DNA of 64,000 nt from an uncultured cyanobacterium (GCA_903871775.1 CAIQIA010000020.1:26087-90086); one strand, 5' to 3'. Numbered from the stretch's first letter, positions 1 through 11,023 are shown. The notes: generated from the sequence alone by a model not told the origin. Numbers and translations: made by a program.

Positions 1-1275
1 CTCACAGGCCCGGGCGAGGGCCTGGCGGCAGCGTTGCCGTTCCTCGGTCAGCCGTCCGTCGAGGCGGGCCTGATCTCCGCGCCGCAGGGGTTCCAGCAGG
101 TCCAGGTAGGGGCCGTAGCCGCACCAGAGCGCCGCCTGGGCCAGGGCGCCGCGGGCGGCTCCGGTGAGCTGCGTGAGGCAGCCGGGGCCGGCCCCCACCA
201 GCGCCAGGCTGCCCCGGCGGGGCGCCCAGGGACGATGGGCCCGGGCGATGGCAACGGTCGCCGCGCCGCTGCCCGGGGTGCCGCGCACGATCCGTTTCTG
301 CAGCAGCAGCTCGGCCTCCGCCCCGGCGGCGGCCAGGGCTGCGGCCTCGGCGACGCTGGCGGTGCCCACCTCCTGCCGCACCCGTTCGGAGGGATTGGGC
401 ACCGCCACCATCGCCAGACGCTCGGATGGATACAGCCGCACGGGCCAGTCCCGGCGCTCACTGAGCGCCAGCAGGGCGGGCTCGTCACCTTTGAGCTCCA
501 GGCTGGCCAGGCCGGCCACGGCCTCCACCGCCAGCCCCGCCTCCCTGAGGGCGTCGTCCACGGCCTGCTCCAGCAGGGGCAGCGAGGTGCCGCGCTCGCA
601 GCCGATGCCGAGCCACAGCTGGGGCGGATGCCAGCGGCAGCCCTCCCCGCTGTCGAGGCTGATCTGCAGAACCGTGCGCGACGATCCGTCCCCGGCGACG
701 GCTTCGTCCCTCAGGCCGGCCGTTGCGATGAGCTGTCGAAGCGCTTCCTCCTGGCCTGCGCTGGCCCGCAGGGCCAGCGGTTCGCCCCGGGCGGCCGACT
801 GCATCAGCTGGTTCCAGCCGTTGCCGCTCCGCCGCCAGCCCCAGCCCTCCCCGATGCTGTCGAGGGCGGGAGCCCCCCGTCGGGCGCAGTCACCGCTGCT
901 GACCATCTCCAGGCCCAGCAAGGCCGCACAGCGTCGCGCTTCGTCTTCGGCACCGCCCAGATGGCTGCCCAGCAGTGGCAGCACCAGCCGCCCATCGGCG
1001 CTCAGCAGCAGCACGGCGGGATCGTCGTGCTTGTCGCGCAGCAGGGGGGCCAGCATCCTGATCAGGGCGCCACTGGCCAGGGCGCCGACCAGCAGCTGCA
1101 ATTCCGACCAGTGCTGACGCAGCAATCCACCGGGGCCATCGGGATGGCTCAGCCGCCCGGGGTGGTCAGGGTCGGCCAGGTGGCTCGGCACGATCACGCC
1201 ATCCAGGGCCTGCACCGCCAGCAGCGGCTCCAGCTGCTGCAGTCCGCCGGATGACAGGCAGATCCCAAGGCGCAT
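1..1275 (-). CDS. cobJ: CbiG-like domain fused to precorrin-3B C17-methyltransferase (CobJ-type). The first 425 codons are in the window and the gene continues past the window start.
   Basis: Not in the ORF track because there is no stop in the window. Manual reverse translation from the ATG at 1275..1273 gives MRLGICLSSGGLQQLEPLLAVQALDGVIVPSH. Further on come LWLGIGCERGTS (CbiG GIGC motif) and SLALVGAGPGCLTQLTGAARGAL..WCGYGPYLDLL (tetrapyrrole methylase N-terminus). The frame stays open to nt 1. There is an ATGA overlap with the stop of the upstream gene. Confidence 0.6.
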   Translation of the reverse strand, partial: MRLGICLSSGGLQQLEPLLAVQALDGVIVPSHLADPDHPGRLSHPDGPGGLLRQHWSELQLLVGALASGALIRMLAPLLRDKHDDPAVLLLSADGRLVLPLLGSHLGGAEDEARRCAALLGLEMVSSGDCARRGAPALDSIGEGWGWRRSGNGWNQLMQSAARGEPLALRASAGQEEALRQLIATAGLRDEAVAGDGSSRTVLQISLDSGEGCRWHPPQLWLGIGCERGTSLPLLEQAVDDALREAGLAVEAVAGLASLELKGDEPALLALSERRDWPVRLYPSERLAMVAVPNPSERVRQEVGTASVAEAAALAAAGAEAELLLQKRIVRGTPGSGAATVAIARAHRPWAPRRGSLALVGAGPGCLTQLTGAARGALAQAALWCGYGPYLDLLEPLRRGDQARLDGRLTEERQRCRQALARACE

Positions 1276-2504
1276 CAGGCGTCCTCCGGAGCGGGTTCGG
1301 GGGCCTGGACTTCTTCCACCACCGTGTCCTCGCCGGCCTCCTGCGTGTCCGCAGGGTCCTGGATGCACCCGCCGGGGATGGCCGCTGCCTTGCCCCCGTT
1401 GTTGTCCTGATCCTTGTCGTCCTGAGCGTTGTTGTCCCGATTCTTGTCTTCTTGATCGTTGTCTTCTTGCTCGTTGTTGCGTTCGTCGTGTTGGTCTTCG
1501 TGTGTTCGTTCGGCGTCCACCTCCTGCGCTTCGTTCTCCGCGTCCGCGATGACGTCGGCCGCTGGGGGGGCTCCGGCCAGCAGCGATTCCAGCTCCAGCC
1601 CGGTCAGCTGCGGGCGCAGCACGGCCGGCAGTGGTGCGCCCCGTGGAGACACCGCGAGTTCCACCACATGGCTCGTGAAGGGAGCCCCCAGGGGAGCCCC
1701 CTGGGCATCCAGAAGGTCCAGGGTCAAGGCATGCAGGCCCGGCGGCAGAGGCGCGAGCCAGAACGGTTCGTTGCGGTCCAGCAGGATCGTGGTTCCATCC
1801 ACCCCGATCTGCAGCCGCCAGCGGGCATCGTCAGGTCTCAGGTTCTGCAGGGGCGCATCGATCAGCAGCCAGCTGACCGGCACCGGGGCACCGGCGGCCA
1901 GGGCCGGCGGCGGGGCGGGCAGCAGCTGCACCGCCTGGGGTGCCGGCAGGCCATGGGCCGACCGGGCGGTGCGATGCAACCGGTGCTGGTCGAGGGCCCC
2001 CGGTCCGACGACGGGTTCCCCCCAGGGCCAGGCGGCATAGGCGGTGAGCCGATGGCTGCCGGGGGCCAGGGCAGGCATCGTGATGCTCCAGAGGTCGCCG
2101 TCGGTGGGGCCGGAGAACAGCCGTTTCCCTGGGGCGTCATCCAGTTGCACCACCACATGGGGGCCGGGGCCGAGGTCGCCGGGTTCATGCATGGGCCAGT
2201 CCTGCACCCGCAGGGTCAGGGTCCAGTCCGATGCCGTCAGCAGGGCGTCGTTCTCCGGCGCCACGATGCTGATCCGCGGCTGACGATCGCCCAGGGCATC
2301 GCGCACGGCCTGGGCGCCGGCGGGTGGTGCCACCTCCTGCAGAGGCGTGGGCTGGGGCGTCCGCAGGGCCAGGGCCGCGCCGGGCACCAGGAGCAGAGCG
2401 CTGAGGCTGAGCAGAAGTGTGGGCAGCAGGCGGACGATCCGCCCGAACCGGCGGGCTGGGGCAGTCAAGGCATGCAGAAGGGGGATGAACCCAGTGAAGC
2501 GCAC
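1275..2504 (-). CDS. Hypothetical exported protein with an acidic D/E/N/Q-rich C-terminal tail
   Basis: 409-aa ORF. It has a signal-like N-terminus (LLPTLLLSLSALLLVPGAALA), a beta-rich body and a low-complexity acidic tail of about 90 aa. It is divergent from psaA. Confidence 0.6.
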   Translation of the reverse strand: MRFTGFIPLLHALTAPARRFGRIVRLLPTLLLSLSALLLVPGAALALRTPQPTPLQEVAPPAGAQAVRDALGDRQPRISIVAPENDALLTASDWTLTLRVQDWPMHEPGDLGPGPHVVVQLDDAPGKRLFSGPTDGDLWSITMPALAPGSHRLTAYAAWPWGEPVVGPGALDQHRLHRTARSAHGLPAPQAVQLLPAPPPALAAGAPVPVSWLLIDAPLQNLRPDDARWRLQIGVDGTTILLDRNEPFWLAPLPPGLHALTLDLLDAQGAPLGAPFTSHVVELAVSPRGAPLPAVLRPQLTGLELESLLAGAPPAADVIADAENEAQEVDAERTHEDQHDERNNEQEDNDQEDKNRDNNAQDDKDQDNNGGKAAAIPGGCIQDPADTQEAGEDTVVEEVQAPEPAPEDA

Positions 2505-2817
2505 CGCAACCGCCCGTCAGGACATCTTTGCTGTCTTGAGTGACATCAAAAGCCCATGAATCAAGAGCACTCGTTGTTACCACTGCCCCAGGAGACCCCA
2601 GTCAGGGACTGGGATTGAACCTTTGTAACTGACTGGCTGGAGGTCCATGGGCCAACCCTATACTCCCACCAGCGGTCCCCCAGGCTGGGGTCCGTGGCCC
2701 AGTGCCTGCAAGGGCTTTCAGCCCCCATGGCACCGGGTCCCAGCGCCCCAGCGGCACTGTCGTCCGCCCTCCGGCGGGCGTCGACGCCTCCGACCCAAAC
2801 CCTCGAGGAACGTCTCG

Positions 2818-5127
2818 ATGACCATCAGCCCACCAGAACGTGGGAGCAAGCCGCCAGTGAAGGTCGTGGTCGATCGGAACCCCGTGCCCGTCGATTTCGA
2901 CGTGCTCGGGAAGCCCGGTCACTTCGACCGCAGCCTGGCGAAGGGTCCCAAGACCACCACCTGGATCTGGAACCTCCACTCCCGCGCCCACGACTTCGAC
3001 AGTCACACGAGTGACCTTGAAGAGGTCTCGCGCAAGATCTTCAGCGCGCACTTCGGCCACCTGGCCGTGATCTTCATCTGGTTGAGCGGCGCCTTCTACC
3101 ACGGAGCCCGTTTCTCCAACTACTCCGGCTGGCTGGCCGATCCTCTGCACGTCAAACCCAGTGCTCAGGTGGTCTGGCCGATCTTCGGTCAGGAGATCCT
3201 CAACGGTGACGTGGGTGCTGGCTTCCACGGCATTCAGATCACCTCCGGCCTGTTCCACCTCTGGCGTGCGGCCGGCTTCACCAACGAGACCCAGCTGCTG
3301 GCTACGGCCATCGGCGGTCTTGTGGCGGCCGGTCTGATGCTGAACGCCGGGGTGTTCCACTACCACAAGGCAGCTCCCAAGCTCGAGTGGTTCCAGAACG
3401 TGGAATCGATGCTCAACCACCACCTCGCTGGTCTGTTGGGTCTCGGCTCCCTGTCCTGGGCCGGACACCTCATTCACGTGTCCCTGCCCACCACCCAGCT
3501 GCTCGATGCCATCGACGCCGGCAAGCCCCTGACCCTTGATGGGCGGACCATTGCCTCGGTGGCCGACATCCCCCTTCCCCACGCTTTCCTGAACCAGGAT
3601 CTGATCGCTCAGCTCTTCCCTGGCTTCAAGGAGGGCATCTCGGCCTTCTTCACGGGCAACTGGGCGGCCTACAGCGATTTCCTCACCTTCAAGGGTGGAC
3701 TGAATCCTGTGACCGGCAGCCTCTGGATGACCGACATCGCCCATCACCATGTGGCGATCGCGGTCATGTTTATTGTCGCCGGTCACATGTACCGGACCAA
3801 CTGGGGCATCGGCCACAGCATCAAGGAGATCCTGGAAGGTCAGAAGGGTGACCCCCTGCTCTTCCCCGCATCCCGTGGGCACGATGGTCTGTTCGAGTTC
3901 CTGACGACCTCCTGGCACGCTCAGCTCTCGATCAACCTGGCCATCGCCGGTTCGGTGAGCATCATCGTCGCTCACCACATGTATGCGATGCCTCCCTACC
4001 CGTACATCGGCATCGACTACCCGACCCAGCTCTCGATCTTCACCCACCACATGTGGATCGGTGGCTTCCTGATCGTTGGTGCCGGTGCCCATGGCGCCAT
4101 CGCCATGGTCCGCGACTACGACCCTGCCCTGCATGTCGACAACGTGCTTGACCGGGTTCTCAAGGCCCGTGATGCTCTGATCAGCCACCTCAACTGGGTG
4201 TGCATCTGGCTGGGCTTCCACAGCTTCGGTCTGTACATCCACAACGACACCATGCGTGCCCTGGGCCGTCCCCAGGACATGTTCAGTGACTCCGCCATTC
4301 AGCTGCGTCCTGTCTTCGCCCAGTGGGTGCAGGGCCTCCACGCCGCGGCGGCCGGTTCCACGGCTCCCAACGCCCTGGCGGGTGTCAGCGAAGTCTTCAA
4401 CGGCACCGTTGTGGCGGTTGGCGGCAAGGTGGCTGCGGCTCCCATCGCCCTGGGAACGGCAGACTTCATGGTTCACCACATCCACGCCTTCACGATTCAC
4501 GTGACGGTGCTGATCCTGCTGAAGGGCGTGCTTTACAGCCGCAGCTCCAGGCTGATCCCTGACAAGGCCAACCTCGGTTTCGCCTTCCCCTGCGACGGCC
4601 CCGGCCGTGGCGGCACCTGCCAGGTTTCCGGATGGGACCATGTGTTCCTGGGCCTGTTCTGGATGTACAACTCCCTGTCGATCGTCATCTTCCACTTCAG
4701 CTGGAAGATGCAGAGCGACGTCTGGGGGACCGTCAATGCTGACGGAACCGTCCAGCACATCACCAACGGGAACTTTGCCCAGAGCGCCATCACCATCAAT
4801 GGCTGGTTGCGTGACTTCCTCTGGGCCCAGGCCTCGCAGGTGATCAACAGCTATGGCTCGGCCACCAGTGCCTATGGCCTGCTGTTCCTGGGAGCCCACT
4901 TCATCTGGGCCTTCAGCCTCATGTTCCTGTTCAGCGGCCGCGGCTACTGGCAAGAGCTGATTGAGTCCATCGTCTGGGCTCACAACAAACTCAAGGTCGC
5001 CCCGGCCATTCAGCCGCGCGCCCTGAGTATCCTTCAAGGACGGGCTGTCGGTGTTGCCCACTATCTGTTGGGTGGCATCGCCACAACCTGGTCCTTCTTC
5101 CTGGCCCGCATCATCGCGGTGGGCTGA
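2818..5127 (+). CDS. psaA: Photosystem I P700 apoprotein A1
   Basis: ORF 2647..5127. The start is set at ATG 2818 ([19 protein letters not shown]) because the 57 upstream codons look like non-homologous extension. It has the [19 protein letters not shown] Fx-cluster loop and a typical PsaA sequence throughout. Confidence 0.97.
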   Translation: MTISPPERGSKPPVKVVVDRNPVPVDFDVLGKPGHFDRSLAKGPKTTTWIWNLHSRAHDFDSHTSDLEEVSRKIFSAHFGHLAVIFIWLSGAFYHGARFSNYSGWLADPLHVKPSAQVVWPIFGQEILNGDVGAGFHGIQITSGLFHLWRAAGFTNETQLLATAIGGLVAAGLMLNAGVFHYHKAAPKLEWFQNVESMLNHHLAGLLGLGSLSWAGHLIHVSLPTTQLLDAIDAGKPLTLDGRTIASVADIPLPHAFLNQDLIAQLFPGFKEGISAFFTGNWAAYSDFLTFKGGLNPVTGSLWMTDIAHHHVAIAVMFIVAGHMYRTNWGIGHSIKEILEGQKGDPLLFPASRGHDGLFEFLTTSWHAQLSINLAIAGSVSIIVAHHMYAMPPYPYIGIDYPTQLSIFTHHMWIGGFLIVGAGAHGAIAMVRDYDPALHVDNVLDRVLKARDALISHLNWVCIWLGFHSFGLYIHNDTMRALGRPQDMFSDSAIQLRPVFAQWVQGLHAAAAGSTAPNALAGVSEVFNGTVVAVGGKVAAAPIALGTADFMVHHIHAFTIHVTVLILLKGVLYSRSSRLIPDKANLGFAFPCDGPGRGGTCQVSGWDHVFLGLFWMYNSLSIVIFHFSWKMQSDVWGTVNADGTVQHITNGNFAQSAITINGWLRDFLWAQASQVINSYGSATSAYGLLFLGAHFIWAFSLMFLFSGRGYWQELIESIVWAHNKLKVAPAIQPRALSILQGRAVGVAHYLLGGIATTWSFFLARIIAVG

Positions 5128-5147
5128 TCACCCCTCTGACCTCTCCA

Positions 5148-7355
5148 ATGGCAACGAAATTTCCTTCGTTCAGCCAGGGTCTGGCCCAGGACCCGACAAC
5201 CCGCCGCATCTGGTACGGCATCGCCACGGCTCACGACTTCGAGAGCCACGATGGGATGACCGAGGAGAAGCTTTACCAAAAGCTGTTCTCCACCCATTTC
5301 GGACATCTGGCCATCATTGGCCTGTGGGTGTCGGGAAACCTGTTCCATATCGCCTGGCAGGGCAACTTTGAGCAGTGGGTCGCAGACCCCCTGCACGTCC
5401 GCCCGATCGCACACGCGATCTGGGATCCCCACTTCGGACAGGGTGCCATCGCAGCCTTCACCCAAGCGGGCGCGTCTTCACCGGTGAACGTGGCCTATTC
5501 GGGCCTCTACCACTGGTGGTACACGATCGGCATGAAGACCAACGCCGAGCTCTATCAGGGTTCCATCTTCATGATGATCCTGTCGGCATGGGCTCTCTTC
5601 GCCGGCTGGCTGCACCTGCAGCCCAAGTTCCGTCCCAGCCTGGCCTGGTTCAAGAACGCCGAATCGCGTCTCAACCACCACCTGGCTGTTCTGTTCGGAT
5701 TCAGCTCGATCGCCTGGGCCGGTCACCTGGTTCACGTCGCCATCCCCGAATCCCGGGGCCAGCACGTCGGTTGGGACAACTTCCTCAGCACCATGCCCCA
5801 CCCGGCAGGTCTGATGCCCTTCTTCACCGGCAACTGGGGCGTCTACGCCCAGAACCCCGACACCCTCAACCAGGTGTTCGGGACCGCTGAAGGTTCAGGC
5901 ACCGCGATCCTCACCTTCCTGGGTGGGTTCCACCCCCAGACGGAAGCCCTCTGGCTCACCGACATTGCCCATCACCATCTGGCCATCGGTTGCATCTTTG
6001 TGATCGCCGGCCACATGTACCGGACCAATTTCGGTATCGGCCACTCGATCCGCGAGATCCTCGACGCCCACAACCCTCCCAAGGGAACCCCCGGCGACCT
6101 CGGCGCCGGTCACAAGGGCCTCTACGACACCATCAACAACTCCCTGCACTTCCAGCTCGGACTTGCCCTGGCGAGCCTTGGTGTCGTGACCAGCCTCGTG
6201 GCACAGCACATGTATGCGATGCCGTCGTATGCCTTCATCGCGAAGGACTACACGACCCAGGCTGCGCTGTACACGCACCACCAGTACATCGCCATCTTCC
6301 TGATGTGCGGTGCCTTCGCCCACGGAGCGATCTTCTTCATCCGTGACTACGACCCCGAGGCTAACAAGAACAACGTTCTTGCCCGGATGCTCGAGCACAA
6401 GGAGGCGATCATCAGCCACCTCAGCTGGGTCTCCCTCTTCCTCGGGTTCCACACCCTCGGTCTGTACGTCCACAATGATGTGGTCGTGGCTTTCGGTACC
6501 CCCGAGAAGCAGATCCTGGTCGAGCCGGTCTTCGCGCAATTCGTCCAGGCCGCCAGTGGCAAGGCCCTCTATGGGTTCGATGTGCTCCTGGCCAACTCCA
6601 ACAGCGTCGCCAGCCACGCGAATGCTGTGTATCTGCCCGGTTGGCTCAATGCCATCAACGGCAGCTCTGATCTCTTCCTGCCCATCGGCCCCGGCGATTT
6701 CCTGGTTCACCACGCCATCGCCCTGGGCCTGCACACCACCACCTTGATCCTGGTCAAGGGCGCCCTGGATGCCCGTGGTTCGAAGCTGATGCCCGACAAG
6801 AAGGACTTCGGCTACTCGTTCCCCTGCGACGGCCCCGGCCGCGGCGGCACCTGCGACATCTCAGCCTGGGATGCCTTCTATCTCGCCGTCTTCTGGGCCC
6901 TCAACACGGTGGGTTGGGTGACCTTCTACTGGCACTGGAAGCACCTTGCGATCTGGCAGGGCAACGTGGCCCAGTTCAACGAATCCAGCACCTACCTGAT
7001 GGGCTGGTTCCGCGACTACCTGTGGCTCAACAGCTCCCAGCTGATCAACGGCTACAACCCCTTCGGCACGAACAACCTGGCTGTCTGGGCCTGGATGTTC
7101 CTCTTCGGGCACCTGATCTGGGCAACCGGTTTCATGTTCCTGATCTCCTGGAGGGGCTACTGGCAGGAGCTGATCGAGACCATCGTCTGGGCTCATCAGC
7201 GCACTCCCCTCGCCAACCTGGTCGGCTGGCGCGATAAGCCTGTGGCTCTGTCGATCGTTCAGGCCCGTGTCGTTGGTCTGGCTCACTTCACCGTGGGCTA
7301 CTTCATCACCTACGCGGCCTTCCTGATCGCTTCGACGGCTGGCAAGTTCGGCTGA
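5148..7355 (+). CDS. psaB: Photosystem I P700 apoprotein A2
   Basis: [36 protein letters not shown] and [18 protein letters not shown]. It lies 20 nt downstream of psaA. Confidence 0.98.
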   Translation: MATKFPSFSQGLAQDPTTRRIWYGIATAHDFESHDGMTEEKLYQKLFSTHFGHLAIIGLWVSGNLFHIAWQGNFEQWVADPLHVRPIAHAIWDPHFGQGAIAAFTQAGASSPVNVAYSGLYHWWYTIGMKTNAELYQGSIFMMILSAWALFAGWLHLQPKFRPSLAWFKNAESRLNHHLAVLFGFSSIAWAGHLVHVAIPESRGQHVGWDNFLSTMPHPAGLMPFFTGNWGVYAQNPDTLNQVFGTAEGSGTAILTFLGGFHPQTEALWLTDIAHHHLAIGCIFVIAGHMYRTNFGIGHSIREILDAHNPPKGTPGDLGAGHKGLYDTINNSLHFQLGLALASLGVVTSLVAQHMYAMPSYAFIAKDYTTQAALYTHHQYIAIFLMCGAFAHGAIFFIRDYDPEANKNNVLARMLEHKEAIISHLSWVSLFLGFHTLGLYVHNDVVVAFGTPEKQILVEPVFAQFVQAASGKALYGFDVLLANSNSVASHANAVYLPGWLNAINGSSDLFLPIGPGDFLVHHAIALGLHTTTLILVKGALDARGSKLMPDKKDFGYSFPCDGPGRGGTCDISAWDAFYLAVFWALNTVGWVTFYWHWKHLAIWQGNVAQFNESSTYLMGWFRDYLWLNSSQLINGYNPFGTNNLAVWAWMFLFGHLIWATGFMFLISWRGYWQELIETIVWAHQRTPLANLVGWRDKPVALSIVQARVVGLAHFTVGYFITYAAFLIASTAGKFG

Positions 7356-7368
7356 CCTGTCCTCTCAA

Positions 7369-7424
7369 CCCCTCCACCACTGGAGGGGTCAACACAAAAG
7401 CCCCCGCCTTGGCGGGGGCTTTTT
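7369..7424 (+). terminator. Tandem hairpins ending in a rho-independent terminator after psaB
   Basis: Hairpin 1 is cccctcca/tggagggg (7369-7388). Hairpin 2 is gcccccgcc..ggcgggggc (7400-7419), followed by TTTTT (7420-7424). Confidence 0.7.
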
Positions 7425-7431
7425 CATGGGC

Positions 7432-7716
7432 TCAGCGTTGTCTCTCTGCTGTGGCGATGCACTCTTCTGTGGCGAGGCACTCAAGATCGGTCTGCAACTC
7501 CAGAAGCAACTGACGGTGCAGGCGTTCGGTCAGCAATGTGGCCGCCGCTTCCGGGCTCAGCCCGCTGCCGATCAGGCGCCGGAACAGGACAAAGGCCGCT
7601 GCCCGCAGGGTGCTGTCTTCGAAATGCAACTCAGTGGGAAAAGCGGTGCCCCCTCGCTTCGGTTTCCGGGTCTGCAGGCGGTTGGCAGCGGCTTCTGGAG
7701 CTGTGCGACGACTCAC
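7432..7716 (-). CDS. Hypothetical small protein (94 aa)
   Basis: ORF with a GTG start. Its amino-acid composition looks protein-like, unlike the overlapping plus-strand ORFs. I recognise no family. Confidence 0.35.
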   Translation of the reverse strand: MSRRTAPEAAANRLQTRKPKRGGTAFPTELHFEDSTLRAAAFVLFRRLIGSGLSPEAAATLLTERLHRQLLLELQTDLECLATEECIATAERQR

Positions 7717-7773
7717 GTTGAGGCAAGGGAACTGTTTGAATGCTGCTGAGCCGCCACGCCAGTGGGGATCGCC

Positions 7774-10700
7774 TTAACCAACTCTTCGCCTGTCGCCTGT
7801 TTCCCAGCCCTTGACCAGTTCGTAGATGGCCGGCACGAGGAACAGGCTCAGCAGGGTGGAGATCAGCAACCCTCCGAACACCACGCTGCCGATGCTGATG
7901 CGGCTGGCGGCGCCGGCCCCTCGGGCCAGCACCAGCGGCAGAAAGCCTGTCAGCGAGGCAACGGCGGTCAGCAGGATCGGCCGCAGTCGCAATCGAGCCG
8001 CCTCACGGATGGCCGCCGCCACCGCGATCCCTTCACGGACGCGCTGGTTGGCGAATTCAACGATCAGGATTCCGTTCTTCGCCGTCAGGCTGATCAGCAC
8101 CAGGATGCCCACCTGGCCATAGACATCGAGGAACAACCCCCGGGCGCCGAGGGTGATCACCACCCCCAGCAACCCCAGCGGCACCGTGATCAGGATGACC
8201 AGCGGATCCAGGATGCTTTCGTACAGGGCCGCCAGCAGCAGGTACACCACCAGCAGCCCCATGCCGAACAGGGCCCAGGTGCGACCGCTGGCCTGCCGTT
8301 CCTCCCGGGCCAGCCCCGCGAAGTTCAGCGCCGTCACCGGCACGTTGCGCTCGGCCTGCAGCCGTTCCAGGGTGGCGATCGCCTCACCGCTGCTGACCCC
8401 TGGCGCCGGCAGGGCCTGCAGCGTGATCGAGCGGTGCAGGGCGCTGTGCTGGATCGACGTCGGCGCCGTGGAGGGCTCCAGCCGCACCAGATTGGCCAGG
8501 GGGATCAGGGCACCCCGCCGGTTGCGGACATTCAGGGTCAGCACATCATCCGGTCGGCTGCGTTCGGGTCCGTCGAGCTGGATCTGCACCCGCCGCACCC
8601 GGTCCTCGGCGAAGGTGTCATTGACGTAACTGCCGCCGAAGCTGTCTCCGACGACGTTCACCAGGTCCTGCAGGCTCACCTCCAGGGCCGCCAGCCGGTC
8701 CCGGTCGGGAATCAGCAGCAGCGACGGGGCATCGGCGTTGAAGCGTGTGCTCACCCGCTGGAAGCGTCCTGTGCCCTCGGCTTCGCGGGCAAACCGGTTG
8801 GCTTCCTCCGCAAAGCCGGCCAGGCTCAACTGTCCACCGCTGACATCCAGCAGTTCAACCTCCAGGCCGCCCTCGGAGCCGAAGCCACGCACCGGGGGCG
8901 GCTGGCTCAGGCTCACCCGTCCGGAGCCCCGCAGGGCCTTCGTCAGCTTCGGCGTGAGCGATTCGAGCAGGGCGGCGGTGCTGTTGTTCCCTGCGCCGTT
9001 CCGGCGATCCTTGAGGGCCACGAGCCGCAGAAAGAACACCCCCTTGTTGGGGGCACTGTCTCCGAACGAGCGACCGGCGTAGAAGTTGCCGGTGCGGATC
9101 AGCGGTTCCCTGGCCACCACCGCCCGCAGACGATCCATCGCCGCCTGGGTGCGGGCCAGGGAGGCTCCCTCAGGCAGCACCAGCACACCACGGATCTGAC
9201 CATCGTCTTCCTGGGGAATGAAGGCGGTGGGCAGCCGTGACAGGCCCAGGCCGGTCAGCACCAGCCCCAGCATCAGGCCCACCAGCATCAGTCGGGGGCG
9301 AGCGAGCACCCGATCGAGGAGGGCCAGATAGGGCCGCTGAAGGTCGTCGAGGGTCCGTGCCGACCGGGCGCACCATCGCTGCAATCGCGCCAGCCAGGCT
9401 GGATCCGCCCCGGCCTGTTCCCGGGCCAGCAGCAGCGCGGCACTGACGGGGGTGAAGGTGAGGGCGTTCACCATCGACAGCAGGATCGAGGAGCCGATCA
9501 CCACGGCGATCGGCTGGTACAGCCGCCCCACGGACCCCGGGATGATCAGCACCGGCAGGAACACCACCACCAGCACCAGGGAGGTGGCGATCACGGCGCC
9601 GCTGATCTCCTGCATGGCATCCCGGGCAGCCCGCAGGGGAGCCTCGCCGAGGCCGATGCGTCGACCGATGTCTTCACTCACCACGATCGCGTCGTCGACC
9701 ACGATCCCCGTGGCGAGCACCAGTCCGAACAGGGTCAGGGTGTTGATTGAGCCGCCCGTGAGCCGCAGCAGCGTGAAGCTGCCCAGCAGGGACACGGGCA
9801 CGGCCAGGGCCGTGATCAGGGCCAGCCGCAGGTTGCCGAGCCCCAGCAAGAGCACGGCGAAGACGAGCAGGATCGCGTCCCGGAGCGCCTCGATGGCCTG
9901 GTCGATGCTCTCCTTGACCGTGTCCGCGACGTTGACGATGGTCTGCACCTGCAGGCCCGGCGGCAGATCGGGTTCCACCCGCCTGAGCAGCGCCTCGACG
10001 TCGTGGCTCAGGTCCATGGCGTTGCTGCCGTCCCGCTGGTAGATCGACAGGGCCACCGCCGGTCGCCCCCGCAGGTCCATCGCCTTGGTGGCGTAGCTTT
10101 CCTGGCCAAGGGTCACCCGCCCCACATCCCGCAGGCGGACGCTGTTGCCTCCGCCCAGGGGGCTGATCAGCAGGTTCTCCAGCTCCTCGACACTGCGCAG
10201 CCGGCCTTCCATGCGCAGGGGCAGGGTGTAGGTCTGCTCCTGGGGAGACGGGGCATCGCCCACCTGTCCCAGGGCCGCAAGCACGTTCTCCCTCGCCAGG
10301 GCCTCGCCCACATCGCGGATGGTGAGGTTGAACCGCTCGAGCTTCCGGGGATCCAGCCACAGCCGGTAGGCCAGATCTCCGGCTCCGGTGAGAGTCACAT
10401 CGCCGATGCCCTGCAACCGCAGCAACGCATCGCGCAGGTTGCGGTCGACCCAGTCGCTGATGAAGATCTGGCTGTAGCGCCCCTCCCGGTCGCTGAAGCT
10501 CAGCACCATCAGCAGATCGGTGCTGGTGCGCCGCACCTGCAGGCCCTGGCGGATCACCGGCTGGGGCAGCTGGCGGGTGACCAGGCTCGCTTCGTTCTGG
10601 ACGTTGATCTGGTTGAGCTCGGGGTTGCCCTCGCCGAAGGTCAGCTCGATGCTGCTGCCGCTGGCCGAACTGCTCGAGCGGATCGTGTCGAGCCGTTCCA

Positions 10701-10920
10701 CCCCATTCAGCTGACGCTCCAGAAGGGTCGTCACCCCCTGCTCGACCACCTCTGCGCCGGCGCCGGGATACGTCGCCCGCACCGTGACCTTCCCCGGGGC
10801 GATCGGCGGCAGGTTTTCCACCTGCAGCCCCACCAGGCTCACGACGCCGGCCAGCACGATCAGGATGCTCAGCACCAGGGTGAGCAGGGGCCGGCGCAGG
10901 AAGGGATCCGAGACCGACAT
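7774..10920 (-). CDS. RND efflux transporter, AcrB/AcrD/AcrF family inner-membrane subunit
   Basis: 1048 aa. The N-terminus is MSVSDPFLRRPLLTLVLSILIVLAGVVSLVGL, and the protein has the typical 12-TM RND architecture and motifs (GLVLATGIVVDDAIVV). Confidence 0.9.
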   Translation of the reverse strand: MSVSDPFLRRPLLTLVLSILIVLAGVVSLVGLQVENLPPIAPGKVTVRATYPGAGAEVVEQGVTTLLERQLNGVERLDTIRSSSSASGSSIELTFGEGNPELNQINVQNEASLVTRQLPQPVIRQGLQVRRTSTDLLMVLSFSDREGRYSQIFISDWVDRNLRDALLRLQGIGDVTLTGAGDLAYRLWLDPRKLERFNLTIRDVGEALARENVLAALGQVGDAPSPQEQTYTLPLRMEGRLRSVEELENLLISPLGGGNSVRLRDVGRVTLGQESYATKAMDLRGRPAVALSIYQRDGSNAMDLSHDVEALLRRVEPDLPPGLQVQTIVNVADTVKESIDQAIEALRDAILLVFAVLLLGLGNLRLALITALAVPVSLLGSFTLLRLTGGSINTLTLFGLVLATGIVVDDAIVVSEDIGRRIGLGEAPLRAARDAMQEISGAVIATSLVLVVVFLPVLIIPGSVGRLYQPIAVVIGSSILLSMVNALTFTPVSAALLLAREQAGADPAWLARLQRWCARSARTLDDLQRPYLALLDRVLARPRLMLVGLMLGLVLTGLGLSRLPTAFIPQEDDGQIRGVLVLPEGASLARTQAAMDRLRAVVAREPLIRTGNFYAGRSFGDSAPNKGVFFLRLVALKDRRNGAGNNSTAALLESLTPKLTKALRGSGRVSLSQPPPVRGFGSEGGLEVELLDVSGGQLSLAGFAEEANRFAREAEGTGRFQRVSTRFNADAPSLLLIPDRDRLAALEVSLQDLVNVVGDSFGGSYVNDTFAEDRVRRVQIQLDGPERSRPDDVLTLNVRNRRGALIPLANLVRLEPSTAPTSIQHSALHRSITLQALPAPGVSSGEAIATLERLQAERNVPVTALNFAGLAREERQASGRTWALFGMGLLVVYLLLAALYESILDPLVILITVPLGLLGVVITLGARGLFLDVYGQVGILVLISLTAKNGILIVEFANQRVREGIAVAAAIREAARLRLRPILLTAVASLTGFLPLVLARGAGAASRISIGSVVFGGLLISTLLSLFLVPAIYELVKGWETGDRRRVG

Positions 10921-10995
10921 GGCAGGGGATGGGCGGCGATCTCAGCCGCGATCCTGCCAAAGCCGCGGCAGCGTGCCGTGTCGGGGTGGCCACAA

Positions 10996-11023
10996 GAAAA
11001 CCCCCTCCGGGGGGAGGGGGTTC
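10996..11023 (-). terminator. Rho-independent terminator downstream of psaL
   Basis: On the minus strand, an aaccccctcc/ggagggggtt stem with a 4-nt loop is followed by TTTTCTTG. Confidence 0.55.

Noticed and set aside
34-1254. A 406-aa plus-strand ORF, with a nested 317-aa ORF at 164..1117
   Set aside because: The products have an Ala/Gly/Arg/Pro-rich nonsense-like composition. These ORFs are antisense shadows of the minus-strand cbiG/cobJ frame, which shows real family motifs.
2659-2664. A -10-like TATACT about 150 nt upstream of psaA
   Set aside because: No convincing -35 element or RpaB/HLR1 direct repeat lies at the right spacing, so I did not call it as a promoter.
3754-3761. HIP1-type palindrome GCGATCGC. 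I noticed about seven copies, for example near 3754, 8374, 45474, 46885, 57497 and 63136.
   Set aside because: By rough base-composition estimate this is only about 3-fold above chance expectation, far from the roughly 1/kb density of HIP1-rich cyanobacteria. I do not treat it as a meaningful repeat family.
2602-5061. An 819-aa minus-strand ORF
   Set aside because: It lies antisense to psaA, which is unambiguous. No family resemblance is visible. It is a long open antisense frame of the kind seen throughout this window.
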